Of a stretch of 64,000 bases of DNA, positions 19,250 through 27,862 are shown one piece after another. Numbering within the stretch: the first letter of the stretch is position 1; the number at the start of each line of letters is the position of its first letter. The notes below the pieces were generated by a model. It did not search any database and had not been told where the DNA came from. It saw only the letters and a list, made by a program, of their open reading frames with translations. The position numbers were made by a program, and so were the translations under genes. This stretch comes from a virus. Taxonomy: Duplodnaviria; Caudoviricetes. The stretch lies in IMG/VR virus record IMGVR_UViG_3300028886_000036, positions 64,001 through 128,000 of that record. One strand, 5' to 3'.

Positions 19250-19954
19250 ATGAGTTTTGTATTGCATGAGATATCAAACAATCTATTATTGAATGAAGAG
19301 GATATTCGTAATCTATTGCACAATCAAGTAATTGAAGATGCTAATAGAAATTTAGGTCTTAAAAAGTATAATGTTAATGCTACTGATATATGTGGATGTA
19401 TAAAGGCTCTATATTTTAAATTTAAGAATATAGAGCCATCTAATCCTCCATCCTATCCTTATTCTCCAATAGTACTTAATGTTGGTTCTGTTATACATAC
19501 TATAGTAGAAATGCTTTTAAAGCCAGAAGAAAAAGAAGTTTCTATTAGGTGTAGTCTACATGGTTTTAATTTGAATATGAGAGCAGATGCTATATATCAT
19601 AATAAGGTACTTCATGAATACAAAACTATTGATAATATAGATGAGAAAACTACTTGTAAAGAAGATCATTTAAAGCAAGCAGTAATTTATACGTATCTAT
19701 TAAATACCTATTGTAATAGATCTATTGAATGGATACAAATTATCTATATTGCTAGAGGTAAAGTTAATGTCAAGGTGTTTAACATACAAGTAACACCAGA
19801 ATTGATGTCTAAAGTAAAAGATAGATTAGACAGACAATTAAGTTATTTAAGAACTTGTTTAGATAGTAATACTGTACCTTCATTTGAAAATGAATTTTGT
19901 AAATGCAGTAAATTCTGTGAGTATTATGAGTTCTGTAAATCATTATCATCATAA
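19250..19954 (+). CDS. Cas4-like PD-(D/E)xK exonuclease
   Basis: ATDICGC..GSVIH..RADAI..EYKT..HLKQAVIY and C-terminal C-x-C-xxx-C-x5-C (probable Fe-S ligands). Confidence 0.75.
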   Translation: MSFVLHEISNNLLLNEEDIRNLLHNQVIEDANRNLGLKKYNVNATDICGCIKALYFKFKNIEPSNPPSYPYSPIVLNVGSVIHTIVEMLLKPEEKEVSIRCSLHGFNLNMRADAIYHNKVLHEYKTIDNIDEKTTCKEDHLKQAVIYTYLLNTYCNRSIEWIQIIYIARGKVNVKVFNIQVTPELMSKVKDRLDRQLSYLRTCLDSNTVPSFENEFCKCSKFCEYYEFCKSLSS

Positions 19955-19975
19955 TATAGAAAGGATGTCTTATTA

Positions 19976-20584
19976 ATGCTTTTTGGATTAGAGTTCAAGG
20001 ATCTTAGTAAGTTTTTTATTAGGCTGGATGATGTTAGTCTGGAGAATATCATCCCACTTAAAACTGAACAAGAATATACTGGTTGGAGATTTACATTTAG
20101 TGATGAGGTAGTGTGGTTGCCAATTGGTAATGTTAATGAAGTACTAGATTATGCAGTTGCTTTTAAACTGTTGTCTAATGCTGGATTGTATAATGTATTT
20201 AATGACTATACTGTGTATGGTGATGATGTTGGATTAGTAAATAAAGTTCTTTCTATCACAAATAAAGATATTGTTAAGAATATGACCAATAATAAAAACA
20301 TTGAGATCAATCTTAACACTATTACTCCAATGCATATTGAAGAAGAATCTGTTGAAAAAACCAAACATGTTGGAGTTTTCTTTGATGACTGTATTGATTA
20401 TTTAGTTCATGATGATACTTTAGATGAAATCTATTTAATGACTAAAGGAAATGCAGTAGATATTGCTGGCTATTTGTTTTCTTTGCAGATGGCTACCTTT
20501 AGAAAAGATAGACAAGTTCTTTGTGAAAGAGTATGGCTTTGCAACGATCTTGCATTAATGAAGTTTAAGATTGTAAGAAGTTAA
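19976..20584 (+). CDS. Hypothetical protein
   Basis: 202 aa ORF with SD AAGGA. Confidence 0.7.
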   Translation: MLFGLEFKDLSKFFIRLDDVSLENIIPLKTEQEYTGWRFTFSDEVVWLPIGNVNEVLDYAVAFKLLSNAGLYNVFNDYTVYGDDVGLVNKVLSITNKDIVKNMTNNKNIEINLNTITPMHIEEESVEKTKHVGVFFDDCIDYLVHDDTLDEIYLMTKGNAVDIAGYLFSLQMATFRKDRQVLCERVWLCNDLALMKFKIVRS

Positions 20585-20590
20585 AAATAA

Positions 20591-20630
20591 AAACCCTAGA
20601 AGAGATGTAAAGTCTCCTCTAGGGTTTATT
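20591..20630. terminator. Bidirectional terminator between convergent genes
   Basis: AAACCCTAGA..TCTAGGGTTT hairpin flanked by A- and T-rich tracts. Confidence 0.75.
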
Positions 20631-20631
20631 A

Positions 20632-20946
20632 TTATCCTAACGTATTTTTATACCTGCTGCACATTCTAAAGAAAGTATAAGATATACTGCACATTATTAA
20701 AGAAGTGTGCATCTTTTTGTTATTGAAATCACACTCTTTTGAACAAACACCATTACACCATTTAAAGTGCCTAATAGAACTTTTTATAATATACGTATTG
20801 TATGGACACTGGTAGTTATCTACGCTATGTGTTTCAGAGAAAGTTTTTTTAGGTTCACATCTCTTACAGGTAGTAAACTTTAAACAATTATTTAACATAA
20901 TTGCAGCGCAGAATAATCTAAAACTAATTACTTGATTAGGAGTCAT
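20632..20946 (-). CDS. Small Cys-rich hypothetical protein
   Basis: 104 aa; LNNCLKFTTCKRC motif shared with other minus-strand cassette genes. Confidence 0.6.
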   Translation of the reverse strand: MTPNQVISFRLFCAAIMLNNCLKFTTCKRCEPKKTFSETHSVDNYQCPYNTYIIKSSIRHFKWCNGVCSKECDFNNKKMHTSLIMCSISYTFFRMCSRYKNTLG

Positions 20947-20953
20947 TTAATGA

Positions 20954-21406
20954 TTACTCATTAACTTTATCATCCTTATTTACAACCAACCTAATAGTTG
21001 CAACATATTCTACGTTTTCATTAGTAGCATTACAAAAATCTTCTTTACGGTTATCTTCAAGTAGTCTATCCCACCAATTTAAAGTTCCTTGAGAAGTCAT
21101 CACAAAATATACTTTATCACTGATATAAATAAGATCTTGTTCTAGACCTTCAATAAGTTCTTCAGAGACATTAGTCTCATCAGCATAATATTTTGTGTAC
21201 TTGATTTCTTTAGTGGCACTATCAAATTTGGTACCAATAAACCTGTTTTCACCATTGATGAAATCAATAAATACTTTCTTCAGTTCTTCAAAGTTATTTG
21301 CATAATAAGTCTTTGTAAATCCATTATCATAAGTAGTATTCTTATCAAAATCATAGCTATAACCATTAATCTTAATCTTAAACTTGAAGTTGTTGTTCTC
21401 AGTCAT
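20954..21406 (-). CDS. Hypothetical protein (start at ATG 21406, not 21526)
   Basis: SD GGAGGA before MTENNNFKFK; this start removes the overlap with the upstream gene. Confidence 0.7.
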   Translation of the reverse strand: MTENNNFKFKIKINGYSYDFDKNTTYDNGFTKTYYANNFEELKKVFIDFINGENRFIGTKFDSATKEIKYTKYYADETNVSEELIEGLEQDLIYISDKVYFVMTSQGTLNWWDRLLEDNRKEDFCNATNENVEYVATIRLVVNKDDKVNE

Positions 21407-21431
21407 TGTTAACAATCCTCCTGGTTTGATT

Positions 21432-21866
21432 TTATTTAAAGTTAAGCAATTTACCCAAAGATAATTTACATTCAGATGTAGTATTATTAGCGCCTTTAAA
21501 TTTACAAAAACTACAGTCATAGACATTATTGTAGCACCAATATGATACAGCGCTACAGTAATTAGCTAATATTGGTAAATCTATATGTGATTTACCTAGG
21601 TTTGGATCATATGCATAGTAAAGGAAATGCCCTGCAATTTTTAACTCTCTGTGTTTGTACTGCCATTCTTCAGGAGGGCTTTTTAAAGTACAACAGCCAC
21701 ATACATTAAACTTACAGGTACTACATCCTTTATACAAACAATGGTTATTTAAACAAATATACATTAACTTATTAGCTATATTGATATTGTTCCATAACAC
21801 TTTTTTATTAGTTGAAGTCATATGTTTTTTAAAGAAGTCTCTAAGCACGATGTACAATCCTCTCAA
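21432..21866 (-). CDS. Small Cys-rich hypothetical protein
   Basis: LNNHCLYKGCSTCKF..CSFCKF motifs; exact start uncertain. Confidence 0.6.
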   Translation of the reverse strand: MRGLYIVLRDFFKKHMTSTNKKVLWNNINIANKLMYICLNNHCLYKGCSTCKFNVCGCCTLKSPPEEWQYKHRELKIAGHFLYYAYDPNLGKSHIDLPILANYCSAVSYWCYNNVYDCSFCKFKGANNTTSECKLSLGKLLNFK

Positions 21867-22261
21867 TCAAATGGTTTATTTTCATAAATTACAAATCTAA
21901 ATATGTTGCGCAATTCTTTTACACTTCCAGTTATATCTCCACAAGATGGTCCATTGCTTCCAATAGGACGCCTATAATAAAAGCATAAATTACAGGCTGG
22001 TAAGTTACAACTTTTCTTGAAGAAGTAGTTATTCATTAAGTTATTGAGTTTAGTTCTAATCTTGTCATTATCTTGTTTACTTAAGCATGCGTTGAATTCG
22101 TCTGGAGTAATACCAAATAAGCACCTTCTTCTATTAGTAATTGGAATAACCATATTATAAACATTACATTCAAATACACAGTTATAACAATGATCATTAT
22201 TAAGACAAATATTATACAACATTATTTGAAGTACAACCTGTTTTCTTTTTGAACAAATTAT
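21863..22261 (-). CDS. Small Cys-rich hypothetical protein; probable ATA start at 22261
   Basis: SD AGGAGGT 7 nt before an in-frame ATA; YNICLNNDHCYNC motif. Confidence 0.6.
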   Translation of the reverse strand: MICSKRKQVVLQIMLYNICLNNDHCYNCVFECNVYNMVIPITNRRRCLFGITPDEFNACLSKQDNDKIRTKLNNLMNNYFFKKSCNLPACNLCFYYRRPIGSNGPSCGDITGSVKELRNIFRFVIYENKPFD

Positions 22262-22267
22262 AGAGAA
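22250..22267 (+). promoter_or_regulatory. Candidate phage late-promoter motif TGAACAAATTATAGAGAA
   Basis: Recurring motif upstream of the plus-strand gene at 22363. Confidence 0.5.
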
Positions 22268-22305
22268 TACCTCCTGATTGAGTATTAGAAAGATGGAGAA
22301 CACTG

Positions 22306-22320
22306 ATATAATATATTTAT
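22306..22320 (-). promoter_or_regulatory. ATAAATATATTATAT motif heading minus-strand cassette 1 (candidate early promoter)
   Basis: Identical 15-mer at 36203-36217 heads minus-strand cassette 2. Confidence 0.5.
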
Positions 22321-22362
22321 AAAAGTATAGATAACTTAATAAAAGGAAAGAGGTGATGTAAA

Positions 22363-22965
22363 ATACCTACTATAAAGAAACTAAAAATTAAAGTAGACCC
22401 AGATATGACACCGCAAGAAGTTGGTGATGAAATGAGTAAAGGTCTACATATGATGAAACATTTTGAAAAAGAAATGAATCATCATCCATTTGGTCATAAG
22501 TTAATAGCTATTGGTAAACCTATGATGCTTGGAGGGTTACATAATGCAATGGGAATGATGGAACCAGAAGTAATGCATCATATGTGCCATCATAGAGGAC
22601 ATCATCATTGTAAATCACTTGTTAACAATATTGTTAAAGGGATTATACTGTTTCTTATTTGGAAGATATTTGAAAGTATTGATAATAGATGCTGTGGAAT
22701 GTGTGAAAGTGAATGTATTAGAAAGTTTAAGAATGATTTAAATGAGTGTTATAGTAAAATTAGAAAGGTTAACAGTTTATTGAATGAAAGTTATTTAGGG
22801 TTAAGTAAAGAAAGTAGAATTGCTATGAAAATTAAAGGGTTAAAAATGCTTGAAGATTATGTAAATAACATTAGAAATCAAACTAAAGATTCTAGAAATG
22901 CTAAGGGTATTGATATCTACAGAGCATTTAATGATGCTAGAGTTAATATGTTTGTTATGGAATAG
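22363..22965 (+). CDS. His/Met-rich hypothetical protein; probable ATA start at 22363
   Basis: SD GAGGTG 7 nt before ATA-CCT-ACT (MPTIKKLKIK), in frame with track ORF 22405; one hydrophobic segment. Confidence 0.65.
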   Translation: MPTIKKLKIKVDPDMTPQEVGDEMSKGLHMMKHFEKEMNHHPFGHKLIAIGKPMMLGGLHNAMGMMEPEVMHHMCHHRGHHHCKSLVNNIVKGIILFLIWKIFESIDNRCCGMCESECIRKFKNDLNECYSKIRKVNSLLNESYLGLSKESRIAMKIKGLKMLEDYVNNIRNQTKDSRNAKGIDIYRAFNDARVNMFVME

Positions 22966-22979
22966 AGGTCTTAGTAAAA

Positions 22980-24320
22980 ATGAAATATAAACTTAAATTG
23001 AAAGAAGATAATTTGCCATATTTTGAAAAACTTAGAAAAGCCGTTAATGATACATATAATTCAGATCTTCAAGCATATGCAAAGCCATTATTAAAGAAAG
23101 CCGATTTATATAATAGCCTTGGATATTCTAGAAAAGCAATGGATATACTTGATAAGTATGAATATAGTATAAAAAAATTTGCCGGGCTTGGTAATGTTAA
23201 ACTTCCAAATGGTCAGATGAGTAACTCTGTGTTAGACAGAATAAACAAACTTAAAAGTGCTTTAAGTTTAGGAAATCAAAACTTAGCTAGGAACATTTCT
23301 AGAGACCCGGAACAAATAATAGGAAAGTCTTCGAATCCGTTGTCACTTAATGCAATACCAAATTTTGATAATACATATACCCCAAGTAATTTTAATGATA
23401 TAAAAGCTAACAATGCTATGAGAATGAGTCAATACTATAGAGATATAGCAGCTAATCCAAAGGATCAAAAGTTTTATATAAATAGGATATCTAAATTGAA
23501 TGATATTAATAATGCTGAAAGAGATTCTATTTCTTTAGTAGATAGTGAAGATGCACAACAAGGTATTAAAATACAAAATAGTATTGATAAAGCTAACAGC
23601 GATTTGTCTATGAAAAAGTGGCAGGATCAGATTAATGCTGAAGAAGCTAAAAAAGCAGCTGAGCATGAAAAATTACTTGCTAAGCAGCGTTCTAATGAAA
23701 TTGTTAGAGAAAAGCAACAGAAAGATTTAGGAGATAAGTCTTCTGCAAAAGCTAGCGAAATTAAAGAAAAGAATCTTAATCGTGACTCTTCGTCTAATAA
23801 TATCGTATCTAATAATTCATCTAGTAGTCAATCTAGTTCTCCTTCGGATTCTACTGATTGGGGAAAGGTTGCAATTTATACTATTGTAGCTATTATAGTA
23901 GCTTATATCGTTTATAAGATAGTAAAGTGGCTATATAATTGGTATAAGAAAAGAAAGTCTAATAAAACTTATGAGTCATTTTATAGTGTATCAAGTTTTA
24001 TAATTTGCGAAGCGGATGAAACTCATCAAGTTGGAAGTATTTATAATATAATGATGAGTCCTATTATAAAATTTTTTAAAAGTGTTTTTAAAGGTATTAG
24101 TGCTATTATATCGTTTATAATGAAAACTATAGCATGGGGTGCTAGTAAATTATATAAATGGTTTACTAGCATTTTTAAGAGTAATAATTCAACAGAAGAA
24201 CTTAAAGACCAATATAATAATACTATATCTAGAATAAACAAGATAGCAAATACTAGTGTTCTTAAAGATAAAGTGTCTAATGTAGTTAAATCTATGCCAA
24301 AACTAAGTGAGTATATGTAA
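22980..24320 (+). CDS. Hypothetical protein with a TM helix and coiled coil
   Basis: 446 aa; VAIYTIVAIIVAYIVY hydrophobic helix. Confidence 0.7.
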   Translation: MKYKLKLKEDNLPYFEKLRKAVNDTYNSDLQAYAKPLLKKADLYNSLGYSRKAMDILDKYEYSIKKFAGLGNVKLPNGQMSNSVLDRINKLKSALSLGNQNLARNISRDPEQIIGKSSNPLSLNAIPNFDNTYTPSNFNDIKANNAMRMSQYYRDIAANPKDQKFYINRISKLNDINNAERDSISLVDSEDAQQGIKIQNSIDKANSDLSMKKWQDQINAEEAKKAAEHEKLLAKQRSNEIVREKQQKDLGDKSSAKASEIKEKNLNRDSSSNNIVSNNSSSSQSSSPSDSTDWGKVAIYTIVAIIVAYIVYKIVKWLYNWYKKRKSNKTYESFYSVSSFIICEADETHQVGSIYNIMMSPIIKFFKSVFKGISAIISFIMKTIAWGASKLYKWFTSIFKSNNSTEELKDQYNNTISRINKIANTSVLKDKVSNVVKSMPKLSEYM

Positions 24321-24368
24321 AATGAAGTACAAATTTAAAAGCTTCGTTCACCAGCATAAATACACATC

Positions 24369-24397
24369 TTGATTTTGATCTAGAGCTGTGCTATAAT
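24369..24397 (+). promoter_or_regulatory. sigmaA-type promoter
   Basis: TTGATT-17 nt-TATAAT with an extended -10 TG. Confidence 0.6.
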
Positions 24398-24434
24398 AAC
24401 CTCATCTAAATTTGGATGAAGGGAAGAGATCAGA

Positions 24435-25391
24435 ATGGGTTTAAACTTGTTTCAGTTTTTGAAATCAATATGCAACTTTAAACTGCTCTCTTCTACTGGG
24501 AATATCCAATCAGATTTAGATTATTACTATAATCAAACATATCAAGATACAAACCAAATGCTAGTGGATTTTAGTTCAGTATATAATGAGTTTTGGAAAG
24601 AAGTAAACATCCCTAAAATTAGTTCGTCCAATGCTCTTAATATTAAACTAGTTAATCCAGAACAAGGTTGTTACAAACATATAATGAAGATAGACTTTAA
24701 GAGAGCTTTTACCAACTACGTAGTACAATTGATGAATGCTGATGAGCTATCTCTTTATAATTATTATTGTAACAAAGTGTCTAGAATGTATATGTTTGAA
24801 TCTAGTAAGAAGTATTTGTATAACTACTTCTTGACCAACATTATAGACAACAATAAGTTGAAAGAGTTAAGATACAATGTCTATGAAGATGTGTTGTATT
24901 TAGCATCTCATTATGGTGATATAATCAAGTCTGAAGTTGATGGTTGTTATGTCCAAACCAATAGGGAAGATTGTGCTTATTATGATGTATATGGTGAGTA
25001 TAATACTAAACTATATGATAATATTTACTTTGTAGATAAACTACAGATAATGCAAAGAAAAGACAAGGTGCAAATTAAAGGTATCACTAAGAATACTCCA
25101 AATATAGTATATAAGTTGTTTAGAGATATAGTTAAAGAGAAAGATGATAGAGTTATCTATAATTATTTCACTGATAAGAGCATTCATATTTCTGATTGGT
25201 TTCATAAAAGTGATGATGGTAACTCTATTAAGATCATGTTAAAGAACATGACAGTTAATGCTAAAACTGAAACTTATGAGGATATCAAGAAGATACAGAA
25301 ATATAGTGAGTATATTAACAGAGATAAATATTTTGATAGTGTAAAGAATACTTTGATCAGACTAATGAACCAAATTATTCTGAACAAATAG
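24435..25391 (+). CDS. Short family-B DNA polymerase-like protein (palm motifs only)
   Basis: KIDFKRAFTNY (motif A-like), SKKYLYNYF (motif B-like), IIKSEVDGCYV (motif C-like), then IKG. Confidence 0.5.
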   Translation: MGLNLFQFLKSICNFKLLSSTGNIQSDLDYYYNQTYQDTNQMLVDFSSVYNEFWKEVNIPKISSSNALNIKLVNPEQGCYKHIMKIDFKRAFTNYVVQLMNADELSLYNYYCNKVSRMYMFESSKKYLYNYFLTNIIDNNKLKELRYNVYEDVLYLASHYGDIIKSEVDGCYVQTNREDCAYYDVYGEYNTKLYDNIYFVDKLQIMQRKDKVQIKGITKNTPNIVYKLFRDIVKEKDDRVIYNYFTDKSIHISDWFHKSDDGNSIKIMLKNMTVNAKTETYEDIKKIQKYSEYINRDKYFDSVKNTLIRLMNQIILNK

Positions 25392-25396
25392 TAGAC
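25381..25396 (+). promoter_or_regulatory. Candidate phage late-promoter motif TGAACAAATAGTAGAC
   Basis: Recurring motif overlapping the stop codon of the upstream gene. Confidence 0.5.
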
Positions 25397-25484
25397 CATA
25401 TAAAGGCTACTTTTCATTCATTACCTTGGGTGGGGTAAGAGATGAATTGTGGTCTTTTTTATTGTATGGTACTAAAAAATTCTT

Positions 25485-26561
25485 TTGAAACTTAATGTGT
25501 ATAAGAGAGGAGGTGAGAAGCAGAAAACTATGTTTAATATTTGGTTTGATAATTATAAGAACTTAGAAGAGTATATAACTGAGTTTGCTGAGAATGATAT
25601 GATACTTCCAGTATTAGCAGAATCTATTAGTGCTCAATTAGGCAATGGTATATTGGTTAGACACTTTCCTTTCTGGAGAAGGAATATGCCTGTTATTTTT
25701 GATATAGAAAACAATAAAGTGTATATCAATTATAGTAAGATAGAACTATTTATACCGTTGTTTAGAAAGATGAATATCTTAAAAGATGAAAAAGATAGGT
25801 TCAAAAGTATTTATAAGAATGAATTTGCTGATATAATGTCTGGATTATTTTATTACGGGATTCATGCTTATAATATTAAGAATAGAGGAGTTCTGATTAA
25901 AGATCAGTTAACGTTAACTTGGTATAAGAACTTCTTTCATTCGTTAATGGTGTCTTATTCTTCTCCAACATCAAAGGGTAATGCATTCTCTCTTAAAATG
26001 AATACTGCTTTATCTAGACAAGTCTCTGAATTACTTTACAGACCATTTTTACAGATTGTATTTCAGTATTATGAAAACTTAACTTATAAAGGTGTTTCAT
26101 TTAATGAAGATCAAGAAAAACGATTAGACTTTATGTTTACACAATTAAACCAACAGGTAGTAGATCAGTTAAACACTTGGAACTATTCTAATGTGGATAT
26201 TAATACTTATAAAGAGTGGTTTAGTAGCTTTATAAAAGAGTTTAAAATTTGCTTTAAAAATAACGATACTATTATACTTAAACAAGATCAAGACTTTATG
26301 GATATCCAAAAGTTTGAAGTATTGAATTTAAGATCTTTACAAAATGCGTATTATTATGTAAAGCCTTATATGGCGGAAAATGTTAAAGAACTTGAGACTG
26401 GTTTAAAACATAGATATCCTGCTCCACCTTTCAGAGAGTTGTATTCTTTAGCAGAGCCATTAGCTCAAACTTTAGCAGTTGGTGCATATGAGCTTAAAAA
26501 ACTCAAGACTGCAGAAGATTTACAGACATTGGCAGCTAGAGGATTAGCTACATTAAGTTAA
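25485..26561 (+). CDS. Hypothetical protein (start likely ATG 25530)
   Basis: 358 aa ORF; SD GGAGGTG lies inside the 5' part of the track ORF. Confidence 0.7.
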   Translation: MKLNVYKRGGEKQKTMFNIWFDNYKNLEEYITEFAENDMILPVLAESISAQLGNGILVRHFPFWRRNMPVIFDIENNKVYINYSKIELFIPLFRKMNILKDEKDRFKSIYKNEFADIMSGLFYYGIHAYNIKNRGVLIKDQLTLTWYKNFFHSLMVSYSSPTSKGNAFSLKMNTALSRQVSELLYRPFLQIVFQYYENLTYKGVSFNEDQEKRLDFMFTQLNQQVVDQLNTWNYSNVDINTYKEWFSSFIKEFKICFKNNDTIILKQDQDFMDIQKFEVLNLRSLQNAYYYVKPYMAENVKELETGLKHRYPAPPFRELYSLAEPLAQTLAVGAYELKKLKTAEDLQTLAARGLATLS

Positions 26562-26597
26562 TAATAGATTTATGTAACATTGATTAGTTAATAGTAG

Positions 26598-26633
26598 CTC
26601 CCAGTTTTTAAATAAAGACTAGGGAGATTTTTT
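26598..26633 (+). terminator. Rho-independent terminator
   Basis: CTCCCAGTTTTTA..TAAAGACTAGGGAG followed by a T-run. Confidence 0.65.
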
Positions 26634-26662
26634 GTTATGTGTTTAGAAAGTGAGAGATTTTA

Positions 26663-27838
26663 TTGTTAGATAAAACTGTAACTGAAGGAACTAAATGGGT
26701 AGTTTATATACACACTTTCCCTAATAATAAAAAGTATGTTGGTATAACCAGTTTAGACGTTACTGAAAGATGGGGTAAAAATGGGTGTGGGTATAGGGGT
26801 CAAACAATAATATATAGGGCTATTAAAAAGTACGGTTGGGATAATATTAAGCACGAAGTAGTTATGTACAATCTTACTGAAGATGAAGCTTGTAAAATAG
26901 AGACATCTTTAATTAAAGAGCTAAATACTACTAATAGAGACTATGGATATAATATATTACCTGGTGGCAAATCTATGCCAATAACAGATAGATCTAAGCC
27001 AGTAATATGTCTTAATACTTTAGAGGTATTTAAATCTGAGAAAGAAGCAACAGAAAAATTAGGTCTTCCTAGAGGTAAAATAGGTTGTGTATGTAATGGA
27101 ACTAGACAACATTGTGGGAAAGATAAGAATGGTATACCATTAAAATTCGCTCATTATGAAGAAGGGAAAAACTATGAAAGGTATGTCTATTCTCCACCTA
27201 ATAGAACTGAAAAGCAAATTCTATTTGCTTCTTCAATTAAGAGGAAGGTTATATGTTTAAATACTTTACAAGTGTTTGATGGTGTTGGAGAAGCTGCAAA
27301 ATTATACAACATTAGTACCGGAAATATATCGAGAGCGTGTAAGGGTAATAGTAGATATGCTGGAAAAGACCCAATTACAGGCGAATCTTTATCTTGGGAG
27401 TATTACGATAAAGATAAAGTTTATGAAAAAAGTGCTTATAAATATAAAAACAACTCATATAGAGAAATTATATGTTTGAATACATTAAAGAGATATCCTT
27501 CAATATCTGAGGCTGGAAGGGTTCTAGGTATTATGGCCGATTCTATATGTAGAAGCTTGAAAGATTCCAACAAGAGAGTTGGTTTATTAGGCAAAGATGG
27601 ATATAGGTATTCTTTTTCATATTATGATTCTTCTAAAAAATATATTAAACTTCCTTTATTTAAAAAGTATCCTTCTGTATACTGTACAACTTTAAACAAG
27701 ATATATGAGGATATAAGAGATGCTATTAAAGATACTGGTATTAAAAGAAGCTATATATTAGATATATGTAATGGTAAAAGAGGTTACAGTTTTTCAAAAA
27801 GTTACAATAAAAAGTTAGTTTTTAAATACAATGTATAA
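26663..27838 (+). CDS. Free-standing GIY-YIG homing endonuclease with NUMOD1-like repeats
   Basis: VVYIHTFPNNKKYVGIT..RAIKKYGWDN..E..GYN; four VICLNT..F.S..EA repeats. Confidence 0.88.
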   Translation: MLDKTVTEGTKWVVYIHTFPNNKKYVGITSLDVTERWGKNGCGYRGQTIIYRAIKKYGWDNIKHEVVMYNLTEDEACKIETSLIKELNTTNRDYGYNILPGGKSMPITDRSKPVICLNTLEVFKSEKEATEKLGLPRGKIGCVCNGTRQHCGKDKNGIPLKFAHYEEGKNYERYVYSPPNRTEKQILFASSIKRKVICLNTLQVFDGVGEAAKLYNISTGNISRACKGNSRYAGKDPITGESLSWEYYDKDKVYEKSAYKYKNNSYREIICLNTLKRYPSISEAGRVLGIMADSICRSLKDSNKRVGLLGKDGYRYSFSYYDSSKKYIKLPLFKKYPSVYCTTLNKIYEDIRDAIKDTGIKRSYILDICNGKRGYSFSKSYNKKLVFKYNV

Positions 27839-27862
27839 TTCATTATAAAGGGTGTGATTACA

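Noticed and set aside
19250-20630. CRISPR array near the Cas4-like gene
   Set aside because: No repeat-spacer periodicity anywhere in the window
21770-21865. TGA readthrough of the 21863 minus-strand gene giving D*EDCTSC
   Set aside because: The TGA sits in the SD region of the next gene, the extension would overlap that gene, and no SECIS-like hairpin is evident
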